DNA from: Ramazzottius varieornatus
Taxonomy: Eukaryota > Animalia > Tardigrada
Assembly (NCBI GenBank): GCA_001949185.1
Contig: BDGG01000026.1
Coordinates: forward strand, 31,761 to 95,760
Direction: 5' to 3'
DNA length: 64,000 bases
The position numbers and the translations under genes were made by a program. Every line of letters starts with the position of its first letter. Position 1 is the first letter of the stretch. A model generated the notes under the pieces. It did not search any database and was not told the origin of the DNA. It saw nothing but the letters and a program-made list of their open reading frames with translations. Shown piece after piece: positions 41,352 through 53,795 of this stretch.

Positions 41352-42230
41352 TTCCTGATCTCCGCTGATGAACAGTCCCCGGAAACCTGAAACGGACAAC
41401 GGGATTGTGTAACAAAGTATCAATGTCTACGCTCGAGAAGAAAAATGCAGACAAGCAGAACAACAAGACTGTTTTGTTGGCAGGACAAGCCGGCTGCCGA
41501 AAATAACATTCCTCCACTTCCGGCCAGCTGTGAGGCAAAACACCGGAGGCGGACCCGGATTTCATGTCCTTCTGTGACCAATAAAAATTGGACATCCAAT
41601 CGAACCATAGCAGAATGCGGGGTTACTACCATCTTCCTGTGTGACGTCAGAACTCAGTAAGGAACTCCGCCTCCGCTGATGCTAAAATGGAATATGACGT
41701 GATGCAGACGAATACTACCGTTGATTGCTTCAACACAGTTTATCAGTGTGCTTATCAGTCGAAACGTGATTCTCTCGCCTGTGGTTGTCTTGCTCATGAT
41801 TCACACAGATAAAACTCTGATGAATGTTCCGTTCAGTGAGCAGCAGACAAAGGCAGGCCAGTGGGAGAGTTGACCATTGTCCAGCGGAGCTTTCATTGTA
41901 AGGGAGCGAAGCAGCAAGGCTGTTCTCCTTCTTTGTCCCGCTTCTCACTTGCACGCTCTCCTTCTTTCTCCATTTGCAGATAGCACAGATCCGTTTGCTG
42001 CAGTGGACTGGACGCTTTGCAGCAACGGTTGGACAAGGCTGGAAAATCGAAAGGCTGCACGGGAAAGGAGGCGAAATCAGCGAAAGAGAGCTTCGATTCT
42101 GATCGAAGGACGAAAGCGACGATTATTACGGTAAATTCATTTTCTCTTTTGCTCCTTTTGCCTTTGATCAACGGCCCAGAGGCCTCGTTCGGAACATAAC
42201 GGGTGTGTAATTTAGAGAGAAGGAGCAGCG

Positions 42231-44236
42231 ATGGACGGTGCGTCGTATGTGTCGCAGTATATCACTCCCGCGCTAGCGTATCAGCAATGGTTCAGTCTTA
42301 ACCTTCCCCAACAACAGCAGCAACAACAACAGCAACAAGCAGCTGCTTCCGCCGCCGACAATACTCCAGGACAATTTGGAGCAGCCACCAACGACCAAGG
42401 ACATTTCCAGGTAAAAAAAAGTTATCTTTTAGTTGGTATGGCCAGGCATGTCAGCTGGAAACGAAATTTGGAAGCTTGGCAGAGTGGCGCAAGCTTCGAG
42501 TTTTATTAGCTGAAATCGTGCGCAACTTGGTGAAACAATCTCGATCGTTGAATTGGTGTTCAATCAAGGCATAAACTGATGATCCAATCAACCAACCGTT
42601 CACTCGTCCCGTTGGTCCGTTGGAAAACTCGCTCGTTCCATCTTTTGCCTTTTTCGGCTGGTGTTTCTTGGAATAATGTATCTGAGTTAGGTGAAAATAT
42701 GTTTTCTACCTTGTAGGTGGGATATCTGGACGGTGGTCATGGCCAAAGCGAGTACCAACAGCCGGACAACGGCATCAGTCTCAACTTGTCGAGTCTCCAG
42801 TCCTTCGCTTCGTCCCTCTCGCAGAACTCGAGTATTCCTCAGACCTTCATGATCCAAACTAACCCCAACAGTCAGAATGGGCAGTTCACGATCCTACCTA
42901 CCGCCGGATATGGCGGACACAACGGCCAGTCCATGGGAGGAGTTGACCATCATCAACACCTCAATCTTCAACAGGTAAGTTTATCTTGATCAATCAAGGA
43001 CTTGCCCGCGTTGCAATCAACCGTTGACTTGACCGTTGGAGTTCAGCCGTTGAATTTTGACATCTTGATAATCTTTCCTAACATTGATTGACTTCCAGGT
43101 GTCGCAAGGACATCACGGACAGTCTCAACAAGCGCACTCTACCCCGTCTTCGGCAGTGAAGACACCAAAAGGAAGAAAGCCCAAGAATGCTTCCGTAACG
43201 CCAGCCGAGTCAGACGGCAAGCCTGTCAAACCTGCCAAACCCAAAGGAACCCCCAACGCCTACGCGCTCTTCTACAAGCAAGCCTACTCCAAACTGCGAG
43301 CTGACAACCCCGAATGGAAGGCCTCGCAGATCATGGCCGAAGCTGGCAAGCTCTGGCAAGAAATGAACGGGGAGCTGCAGAATCAGTATCGGGAACAGGC
43401 AAAATCCATGGCGGAAGCGCACCAACTCCTCACGGGCCACGGAAAAGTAAGTTCCGTCTTCTTCCCTCTCATCATGTCGTAGAAGGTGAACGAGCTGCTG
43501 CCTGTTCTTACAGGCCAGTCACAAGAAGCAAAAGAACGGCAAGAAGCGCAACATTACGGGATACCAGCTGTACATCCAAGAGCAGTTCAACCAAAGACCC
43601 GCCAATGTCGCCCAGATGCACGCCAAGGACTTCCTGCTACAGCTATCAGGTCAGTGGAAGACCTTACAGGACAGCGAGAAGCAGGTCTACCAAGAGAAGG
43701 CCAAGTTGGAAAAGATAAAGCGGGAGAGCGAGGCCGGAAGTGCGGAGAGCGCACCCAACGGCCTGAACTCGTCGGCAGCCCCAAACCTACCTGCAGACTT
43801 CAAGAACATACCGCTGAATGGAGCATCGGGTAATACAACCTCTCAACATATCTTCCATAGTAAAATTGGAAGCAAGAACGTACAGTCCTCAGCAGGAGCG
43901 GCGCACACTTCAAAGTGTAACACGAAATTTGTGCGCCACTTGGAAAACGATCCAACTCTAGGAGGTTATCTCACCAAGATGGCGCACGCTCTCAGCCAAT
44001 CGCAGTCTCACCGTGCGTCACTTGGACCAACTCGAGGATATGGTTTATCAATTGGCGCACTGTTCCGGCACGTGACACCGAAACCGTGCGCCACTTGGAT
44101 AACGTTGAAAACTAGTGCCCAGCTATGTAGTTCTAATCTTTGCCACTTTTTCCTTGCTTCAGATTATGGTCACGAAGGAATGAACGTTGGACAAGACAGC
44201 GAAGAAGACGACATGGAAGTAAAGAGCGAAGTCTAG
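42231..44236 (+). CDS. Protein with a Q-rich N-terminus and two HMG boxes; exons 42231-42410, 42717-42974, 43099-43446, 43514-43829, 44163-44236
   Basis: PKGTPNAYALFYK...NPEWKASQIMAEAGKLWQEM...YREQA and KRNITGYQLYIQE...LSGQWKTLQDSEKQVYQEKA; all junctions phase-compatible. Confidence 0.88.
43865..44124. repeat. Modular palindromic element, 3 units, in the last intron of the HMG gene
   Basis: Dyads near 43897-43942, 43976-44024 and 44050-44098. Confidence 0.8.
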
Positions 44237-44480
44237 CCAGAAAAATGCCTCTGGTCAAGGATTTCCCGCCGTAATGTGTTTACCTCTCAATATGAGGTAA
44301 AACACGGCAATAACTGCAAAGACTCGTCTTCCCTACCTTTCTCCTTTTCAAGTCTCCTGCTCTCTGACCCAAAGATGGAACCTGGAATCTGTTGCACGAC
44401 TACACTATGACACAATTTTTATGGAATATTATTTTTATTTTATCCTCTGCAGAGAACAGGTGTGACGGGATAGAAAGGAC

Positions 44481-47467
44481 TTATGATCTCCGTTGATACA
44501 CGTTGACGTGACCTCTTTTTTGCCAAAAAGTCTTCTGCTGGTTCCTCGTTTTTTCAGCCGTGATCCTGGGGCTTGTCCACGACACGGTTCGATCATCTTC
44601 CTGCATCACCTTCTTCCTCTTGTTTTTGAGAACTGATTGAATTATGTTTCATGCCTGTAATCCGTTCTGATTTGATATGCAGCGGAGTTTTGCTGCCAGA
44701 ATTCATTTAACATTTCTGTTTTTTCGATGTTGTTGAACCTTGAAAAATTTGTGTAAAAGTAATGTTTGAAGAAAGTTTTCTGTCGTTGCGACGAGATCGA
44801 TTTCCCAAGTGGCGCACGCTTACAGCTAAAAACACTGCAAACGCGGCCGTCATCAAACTCGACACGGTTGTCTTCTCAAGTGGCGCACATTCCAGTTTAA
44901 CAACACTGCGCCACTTCGACAAACGATCTGCTCGAAATCTTTTGCCTAACCTTCCACATGACTTATGGCGGTCGACGTAATCGTGTGCGAAAGGTTACCT
45001 TTGCCCGAGTGTTTGGCGCGAAGGTGGAAAGCAAGGTGTGTGCGACCGCATCTCTTGGTACACCGTCGACGCCGCACAGATACACCGGATCTCCTGCTGC
45101 ATAATTGAGCAGATACCAAAAGCAGAGCAAAAAAGGACAGTAGGAGGACAGGTCGAGCTTACATCTCTCGCGCCATCCTTTTGGTTTGACAATGTCGTCA
45201 CGCCGGACGTCTTTGTCGCCGTGAGTGTGCTGGTGGTGTTTCAACAGATCTCTGTAGAAGAAAGTCTTCGGAGTGCAACCCGCCACATCGCAGATATAAC
45301 GGCGCTTGTGGAGTTTCGGGACTAGGAACGAAACAATGATTACAAGAGCCTCGAGCGAGAGGACGAGATTCAAATTGGCAAAGCCCATACTATGCTTCGC
45401 GAAGTGCCGTCGAAGTTCGCTTTCCTCCGCCGAGAAATGACAAGCTGGGAAAGTACAGCCAGACTCTTTACCAGACGATGCATTGGCAGCCAACTTTCCC
45501 AGCGCATTCCTGATTTTCCGCTGACTTCGATGGGCCTTCGATTTGCCAGGCAGTAATTCTTCCGCAGCGTCTACTCGGATTCTGTAGTGGCGATAATCTT
45601 TGCCAGCTAGAAGATCGACTACGGCTCCGCTATCCGAAACCTCGGATGCTTGGAAGCCCACAGCATCCTTGTAAACTACCATAAAATAACGGTGGCATAC
45701 ATATCGGACCAATGCAATACAAACTTTTCCAAGTGGCGCAAGCTTTCCCGCCAACAACACTGCACACCTGCGCCGCTTGCGAAAGGAAACTCGTCACGAT
45801 CGTTTTCCTAAATGACGCAAGCTCCCAGCTAGTAATAGTGAGAATGTGCGCCACTTAAGGCAACAAACTCGACATGATCCTTTCCTTCAAGTGGCGCAAT
45901 CTTCCAAGCAGTAACACCAGACAAGTGCGTCACTTGAGAAAACAATCGTGTCGAGATTGTTCGCCGAGCTTCGATCACCGTACGATCTTACTAAAGATGG
46001 CGTCTGTTCTTACCTTATTCGGATGTTTGAGGAGAATATGTTGAAGGAGACCCGAACGGTCAGTGCATTTGTAACGGCAACTCTCGATGCCGCACGAGTA
46101 CTTTAAACTACCGATGAAGTGGGACAGATTTGGGTCCCGGTGGGTGTAAAACTCCCGCTCGGCAAAGTTCAAATATAGTGGGATTAGCTGTAATTCGCTT
46201 TTATTTATCCGTATACAGTCTGTTCTCGGAAAGCCACGACAGCTATACCCGACTAACCTCGATTTCTATTCGAGCGTACCATACACATAATATACAAATT
46301 CAAATTTACTGGTCGTCCATCTCTTCATCAAACTCGCCAGAATTATCAGAACCATCTCCATCTTCAATCTCGCTAACATCAGACTGAAGAAAAGAAGAGT
46401 TTTTGTAGAAACATCGAAAACATTATCATTCTCGTCAACAGTATCACCCTCGCTGAGCGTAGGATATCCAGCATTAACCTCCTGAATAGTTGGGGGAGTG
46501 TATTCGTCTTCAAGCTCTTCGTCTTTTCGAAGTATCTCGGAGGCGTAAAACGATTTACGCACAGTATCAACGGTGACTCTAGATTTTCAGAGCAAAAAAG
46601 AAGAAGCGCAAGAGACAAAGGAAACCTCGTTATCTCAGCCGGATAGAAATCAAGTTCTCTTGCTGACCATCGGCAGAGAAACCACTGTAAATAAGCGATC
46701 AGCTGTTTCCGGCTGCTAGTATTAGTCAAAAAAGACCGTGACCGGGGGCTGTTTTACGCTGAGTAGGACCCAAACCTGTCCCACTTCATCGGTAGTTTAA
46801 AGTGTGCTCCACTTGGCAAGACGATCTATGCCAGTTCATTTCTCATCTGGCGGAGGTCCGACCTGACCAAACTTTCGCTCTCCTGACAATGTCAAGTTGA
46901 TGGTCAACATGAACAAGAGTACGCAAGAGGAAAATGTACGATGGATGGGAGCTCGGTAAACAAATAGACATTGTACCTTTCCCGAGTGGCGCACGCTGCC
47001 AGTGTTATTGGCTGGTAGCATGCGCTAGTCGCCAAAGGATCTTGTCAAGTTCGTATGCCGAGCTGCCAAGTGTTCTACCCGTGTGTTTCTTGCTGTGTAC
47101 ACGCAGCTGTGTTTCTCGAGGAAACGTCGCGGCGCATTCTAGAAACAAAAACCACAAAAGGCAAATGCAATGGGCATTTGACACCGTCTGTTGATAAGTG
47201 CTGAAAAGATGGTTTACCTGAACAGGCGAATCCCCGATGACTGAAGGAGCTTGGGGAGACAAGCTTGACGTTCCTAGCAGGAGGCTTCTTACGAGCAGCC
47301 GGCTTTTCGGGGGAGTCAACAGCACTGTCGGTGTCACCACTGGACTCTGAGGATAAGACTACAGAGTCGCTGGAATCGACATCCTCATCTCCGATCACCT
47401 TGTCTTCCTCTTCTTGTGCAGCTGAAGACGCGCTCGCTCGCTGACACTTCCGTGGTCGCAGGTTCAT
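44481..47467 (-). pseudogene. C2H2 zinc-finger gene, disrupted by a TTAA element and frameshifts
   Basis: Fingers YSCGIESC..LLQHILLKH, GCTFPACHF..LRRHFAKH, YICDVAGC..LLKHHQHTH; acidic N-terminus; introns carry the palindromic elements (~44785-44950, 45700-45971, 46951-47065). Confidence 0.55.
46107..46796 (-). mobile_element. Internally deleted piggyBac-like element
   Basis: TIR actaccgatgaagtgggacag(a/g)tttgggtcc with TTAA on both flanks; internal acidic ORF remnant resembles a piggyBac transposase N-terminus. Confidence 0.75.
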
Positions 47468-47907
47468 TTAATGCCTCACACACCCTTGGTCGATCCAATA
47501 GGAGTGCTTTGGACTGTGGAGTTTGGAGAGAGATCAATGTTCAGTCATGAGTTACCTGACTTACCAGGATTCAGGAACGCCGAAAGAATACAAAAACTCA
47601 GAAAAAGTTCAGCAATCAACAATCAAACTACCACAGCCGAGAGTTGTGTCCGGCGACGTCACAAAGCTTCCCGCACTGTCCCCTGGTTTATTGATTAATT
47701 GGACCGTTGTGGGGTCAAAAGGCGCACTGTTTCCTTGTTTTTGGTGCTTCACTGCTTCTTTGCAGAATGGGCAATCCCCACCGCCATCGGCGATAGGGGC
47801 GGATTGTCCCTATGGATATCCATATTGATTTCCGCAGCGATTCGTTTTGCAACAGGATAGGGGGCCCTCACCGGCTTGCGTTGATCTTTCGACTGGTTTC
47901 GGACCCA

Positions 47908-50004
47908 CAAGGGATTAACGCCAGTCTGTCCACTCTGATCCTCAAACCAATATGATAGCATGATAGAGCAGAGTTTGCTCCACAAACTGAGATAAACTAA
48001 ATCGGCGAAATAAAATCCTGGAAGACGCCACAGGAAGCGGAAGTGACGTCAAATTCTTACATCGACATGACATGACCAACTATACTAGCAGTCTAAAATT
48101 TCACAGAACTCATGGAAGATAAATTTTACAGAGGTGATACTGATCGTAGAAGTGATGGAAGCAGAGAGTAGCTTTGCACCAGCCGCACTTAAGCAAAAGC
48201 CGGTCGTCGCAGTTTTCATGGTCGCAATGACAGTCAACTTCTTGGGGAAAAAGAATTCGGTAGGATTTACATAGTCAAAGGACTCGTCAGTATAGCCGCA
48301 CAGATTCCAGGCCTGGTTCACTAGGCCTCCAAACCGGGGAGACTGAAACTGTTGGTAAACCAAAGAATGCATCCTGAGGATTACGTCTCGATGATGAACT
48401 TGAAGTGGAAGGCTGTGCAAAATGATGAAACTGGAGATCTTCCGGAAGAAGTCTTTATACATTCGGAATAAGAGTCTGTCCAGTGGTTGAATATCACCAG
48501 TGACTTTCGGAGGAGTCGTGATCGTTTCGTATTCCAGTTCTTCAGGCTTGAATTCCAAAACAGCTTCCTGGTCAGAATAGGTTCTCCACGAATTGGCCAG
48601 CAGAATGCAGCGATCTTCCACATGAGAAAACAATATCTTTTCACACCATTCCAAGCTTTGTCATCTTGCCCGAAGCCGAAGCAGTGACATACAGGTTGTC
48701 AGCTTTAAACATTGTCCTTGCCACAATAGGACCGAAAACGCCTTTGTCCTCCTGAAGAGTGATCCACAGATGTGGGAGAAACTTGCGCGTGCCGGGCGAA
48801 ATGGTCATCATAACCGTATAGCTATGCGTCATGGAGTTATCCGACTGACAGATCGCAAGAACATGTTTTGCGCCGGCCAGATGCAGTGTGCGCCGTAGTC
48901 TCATCTCGTAATCGAACCCAGACTGATCCGTGTTCCACATACAGTCCAAGCCGTAATCTGACATCCTCGATCGGACAAAGGTGACACACTCCTCCGCAGT
49001 TTTCTTTACTTGCGGAGCTTCTTGAATGTACTTGTCGGTCACGAACTTGGTGATCTTCCGATCGACGATGCCGTAATACCTACGATGTACCTACGTTAAT
49101 ACCTACGATGCCGTAATACCCCGTTAGGGTGGCGCAGTAACTCGTGAGCGAAATTCTCGGTTGAAGTGATCTGCGTAAGCAATGATACATATTTCATTTT
49201 GATACTTCAATGTGTTTACCTCTTCAACTTTCCCACCCAGTCCGGAGACGCCGTGAAACCTACCAGGCCAATGGTTCGGTTCGCAGTAACAGCCCAACGT
49301 CGAATATCCATATCTTTCACAATATGAGGCTTCTGCTTGGCCAGGAAGAACTGCTTGCCAGTCTCCAAACGCAGCGCCTTCAGCTTATCATATCTGGGAC
49401 CGCCCTCAGCAACATGTCGGGACCATTCTTGGAGTTGTCGAAAACTTGTGCCTTTCTCGAACTTGGTCTGGACACACGAAAGGCTACGTCGTTGCTTCGT
49501 AGCGACATTCCTCCAGAAATCGACGGAGCGTTTCTTGTAGTCGAGGGTGACTGCGTTACTTGGCGGCTGTTTTGGGTTCGGTATTCGCGGGACATAGAAT
49601 TCGTTGGACGATGGTTCCGTTCCACTGGAGAGAGGCTCGACGACTTTATCTTCTTGGCTAGGATTTGCGTCGGGTTCAGCCAGCTGATTAGACGCAGCAA
49701 CCAACTTCTCGAACTCGTCGAACGTCTGCATGTCTGTTTGCAGTTCATATTGCAGGTCTTCTTCAAGTGCCAACGAAGAACTTCCTGCTCGGTTGATTTT
49801 AAAATCCATAAATTCTGAAACAGAAACAGAAAGGTGGAATATCTCATATCAATGTCAGCCATAGTAAACGGCAACAGTACAATACCTTTGACGAGTTCTT
49901 TTAACTGCTTATCAGCCTCGCTCAGTTGTCCATCCAGTTGGAAGAGCTGCTTGTATTCCTCCTCCAGAAGCTTCAACACATTCATCGGATTAACGGAATC
50001 CATT
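47908..50004 (-). mobile_element. Tc4/Tc5-like (pogo-family) DNA transposon, intron-containing and degenerate; 5' end lost in an N-gap
   Basis: WNTDQSGFDYEM, SMTHSYT, LQE.KGVFGP, ASASGKMTK, PPKVTGDIQPLD..FRMYK. Frameshift near 48654 and an apparent D>N change at LLANSW. Putative terminus CAAGGGA at 47908. Confidence 0.8.
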
Positions 50005-50014
50005 NNNNNNNNNN

Positions 50015-51070
50015 GCGAAAGAAAATAGCTTCAAAGGTATTGCTCTCAATAATACCAGACTGTTCAACCTAGCTTTGATATCTTCGCCAGCGTTCGACGA
50101 GATCGCCGTGTCTTTAGCTCTCTGGATGGCGATCTCCGTCATGAGCATCTGGTCGATAACGCGCAGTTTGTTCAGGTTGGAGCTGGACCGCAGAGCGTGG
50201 ATAAAGCTCTCGTTATCGATGGCGATGTTCTCCGGAGTACAGAGAAGCCAGATGATCGTTTGGCTAATGTAGTCGGGATCACAGATGAGCTTGACGAGAG
50301 GCTGAAAGACCTGGGTCGTAAGAATTTCCTTGGCCAGCTCGCGGTATGGAAGGCACCCGAAGACGCGCTGGCTGCCGTGCACGTAGAGAAGCTGGTGGCT
50401 CAACTGGAAGAAGTGCTCCTTCTCCTTCGTGTAATCTGAAACAAACAAATCATCTTCACTCAACTCATCTCGACAGAGCGTGGAATGAAAAGACAGCGCC
50501 AAATAAAGTGAAACGCTACTGCGCAGTCAAAAATGACCTCGATCAACCGCTTCTAATCTTGATGGACGCTTGACATCACGTTTGAGATGAAATGGACCGT
50601 TGGCTCAATTGAAACTTTCGATCACCAGCTATGACGTCATACTTAACGATATGGTATAGGACGTGACAGCGCATGACTTGACATCCACTAGCCAGTGCCT
50701 TACATCAACATAACATTACCTATGCAAACAGCTGCTCGCGAATACCCGATCTCCTTTTCTTCCAGCTGGAAGATCTGCTCTGTCGTTCTGTCCTTCTCCA
50801 CCGTCTTCGTGGCATTGCTGTACAGCTTGACGTGTGCTGCGAACTCGTTGACCAATCTTCCGTACAGGTCTGCAGCCAGTTGATATCTTTGCAGAGCGTT
50901 GAGAAGTCAATGAGGAAGTTGTGCAGTTCCGTGCGTGAGGTAGTGAGGGAACTACGCGTCGTTCTTGAAGTAGCATAAATACCAGGAGAAAATGTAGTCT
51001 CGGAAGGTGTAGGGTAGGATTTTTTATAGCTGTTTGTACACTTCGCTGCAGCCTGTCAGACGTTTACTGA
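50015..51070 (-). pseudogene. SNX13-like PXA-domain fragment (copy A)
   Basis: LTGCSEV..QL*KIL.YTFRDYIFSWY, CRDEL, RELAKEIL..QVFQPLVKLICDPDYISQTIIWL; contains stops and frameshifts. Confidence 0.75.
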
Positions 51071-51797
51071 GCGTGGATTATCTCGATCGTGCACTGGTAT
51101 GGAATTCCACGGTATTGCCCGCCTAAATGCTGTCGTCATAAACGGCAATAGCAGGCCAACGCGTGCATTTAGTGCATTACAGCAGTCAGGCAGCTGTGCA
51201 GAAAAGCGCTGAGTCACCTTTACCAGACCTGGCTAAACAGGCGGGTGACTTCACGAATCAACGTCGAAGAAAAATGTACCATTTGAAAAGACTGCTCGAC
51301 CACCGGTCTCAGCGGAAGCTGACGTCGCAATCACTGTGATTGATTGCTCTATACGAATATCGAAGCGGATGTTCCAGTGCGTCATCGACCATACGACCGA
51401 AACAGAAGGAAACTGTAGCACTAATAGGATCACAGTACTCCCGCAATTCATGCTTCGAGAAAGCCAGATTAAGACTCGATTCCTCAACCTTCGGCATACA
51501 TGCTGATGGATGTTCTTCAACTCTCTGCAGTAACTGCTAAGTCAGCCGCATTTTGGCACGCCGTTGTTTGCGGACGGCGAAGTACTGCTCTGCAGTGATG
51601 AGGATCTCGTTTTTCAGTCCCAATTCCCTCAATGAAAGAAACCCTGATGGAAGGCGAGCAAAAATTCACGTCTGCGCACGTTGCTTTTCATGTAACCACA
51701 ATGTTAAATAACATGGAAAACAATGAAAATCACGGTCGAATTCAAAGGGTTCTACCAAAACCTATTCTCAAATCAAAATGTACAATAAACTAATCAA

Positions 51798-52393
51798 CTA
51801 ATGAAAAGCAGGGAAATCTTGGGGAAGCTGGTTGGCTTCTCCTCCTCCTCCTCCTCCGAAAGGACCAATCCCTGCATGAGCTTGTCCAATCCAGGCTTGT
51901 CCCTTCCCTGCTTGATCCTGTTCGATCCCGCTCCGCACCTGCAGATCACCACCCTCCACCTCTGCAAACACAGAAACCAACACATCAATCACTGACCAAA
52001 GTGACGACCCAGTCAATGAGACGAGGAATCCACTGAGGTAAAGGAGCTGGCTCTTACCTTGGACAGTGTCGACGTGAGGACAGCGTGGTTGGAAATAGGC
52101 TTGCTTGATGGCAGGGACCAGGAACTCTCCACAACATTGGGTCTGGATGGCAATGAGGGTGGTGTGCGAGCGGATGTGGTCCAGGATGTTTTCCGCCTTC
52201 TTCTGATTCTTGCTGGTGACGGGGAGAGCTACTTCGAACTTCGGCCCACACACGGAACACTGGAGGGTACCGAGGTCAGGATGCTGCAAAAAACAACACA
52301 GAAATCAGAAACTGGAGTACCAGGAAGTAAAACTAGAATACACAAATGAAGTACCAGAATGCTCACCATATGAGGAGCTCTGATGAAATTCAT
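51798..52393 (-). CDS. Small (~140 aa) uncharacterised zinc-finger-like protein with a Gly-rich tail; exons 52393-52367, 52283-52058, 51961-51798
   Basis: Phase-compatible GT-AG introns; C..C...H...H (LQCSVC...DHIRSH) followed by CC...CPH. Confidence 0.6.
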
Positions 52394-53110
52394 CGTGAAT
52401 ACGCTAGTACAACTACGAAAGCAAGAGAGATTTCAAGTGAAGAACCACAATGGCGAGCTGACCACTCAACAGTCGGGTTTTATACCCAAATCTCGTAGGC
52501 GTGGCTTCAGCCAACGTACTTCATGATTGGTTGGAAACCCACCAGCGGAATAACGCAAAAATCTGCGAGCTCCGCCCACGCTGATAGTACAACTCAGACC
52601 TGACGTGTAGTCGAATTTGGTCGTATAGTTCGATCGACTCGATTATTTTTGAAAATCCGTGAACAAACACACTGTGAACAACGGTACCTGCTCAATATAT
52701 CTTTTGACCATAATGCCGACCACGAATATCGCCTGACCGAATACTGACCGACATTCATGTGTAAAAGGATATTCTTGACAGTTAGTTTTGCGGTTATTTG
52801 ATATTCAAAGTTAGTCAAAGTGCCGGTTAATATTCTGCCCAAACGATATTCCGGTATAGTACCGTAAACAAAGGTCTGAGTCGCCCTATTGCTGTGCCAT
52901 GCACCGCCCACTTCGTTCCGAGGTAACGCTGTGGATTATTCCCCATCTGCAGTTCTTGCAGCGCTGCTTTTGTTCCAATTCTTAAGGTGCCTGGATTTTT
53001 GTATTTCAAAAGATTGCATGAACTCTAGTGATCGTTATCAGAGTTCAACTCTATCAGTAGCAATAGACCTTCACATTGTCTGTGTTTGGTCTTTCTCTTC
53101 CAGCATGGCT

Positions 53111-53212
53111 TATTCAGGATAACCCGGAAGCAACATGCAACGGCGCTCCATGCGTCGTGTGGACGCAGGGTGTAGCAAGCGGTTGCATGTGGTTTCCGGG
53201 TCATCCTGAATA
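53111..53212. mobile_element. ~100-bp hairpin MITE (Tc1/Stowaway-like, TA flanks)
   Basis: tattcaggataacccggaagcaacatgcaac / gttgcatgtggtttccgggtcatcctgaata. Confidence 0.75.
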
Positions 53213-53795
53213 ACAGAATAAGTCTGATCCAGGAAGTGGTTCACAGAACATGAACGGCAAGCCAGTTTCCGTCCAGAACCTGATGAACAGCCAGCAGGGC
53301 GGACAGCAGTGTGGAGGTGGACAGCAGCGCTGTTTCCCCGGTGGAAATCGGGGCGGAAACAGCAACGGCAGCAGCAACGTCTACTCGTCCTGAGGAGGAA
53401 ACTGGAGCCGAGGCTACAACCGAGGTGGATAGACCGGCGGACAAGGATAAGGTAAGACTTCCGGTTCAGTTTGCACTTCCTCCTTCGTTCTAAGGCAAAG
53501 TTGGAAACTTCACTCGTCTCTTTCTAGTCTACTCTCCGTTGTTTTCGGTCTATGCTTTTCGTTTGTCTTAGGTTTCAACGAGGGAATGCAGAGCCGAAGT
53601 CGATTTGGCATTGAGGAAGCCCGCAAAGCGACTCGACGTAGAAGCTGCCAGTTCTGCCAGTGAAGAGTTCCGCAAGTTGGAAATCAGCAAAGGTACTTCA
53701 CAGCTTTTCTTCGGCTTTCAATAGTTTTGTTGCTCACTTTTCTCTTCCTATACTTCCTGCTTGAGGGTACGGTATATCCAATCAATCTTTCTGGT

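Noticed and set aside
42231-44236. Dsup-like or other tardigrade-unique stress protein
   Set aside because: The sequence shows canonical HMG boxes, and no CAHS/SAHS/Dsup-like features were recognisable anywhere in the window.
46804-46820. gtgctccacttggcaa as another palindromic-element copy
   Set aside because: It is a single half-site with no partner or TIR, and lies in what reconstructs as zinc-finger coding sequence.
53229-53725. Low-complexity two-exon ORF (G/N-rich or E/A/T-rich frames)
   Set aside because: The ATG frame has internal stops and the open frame lacks an ATG, so a gene call cannot be supported.
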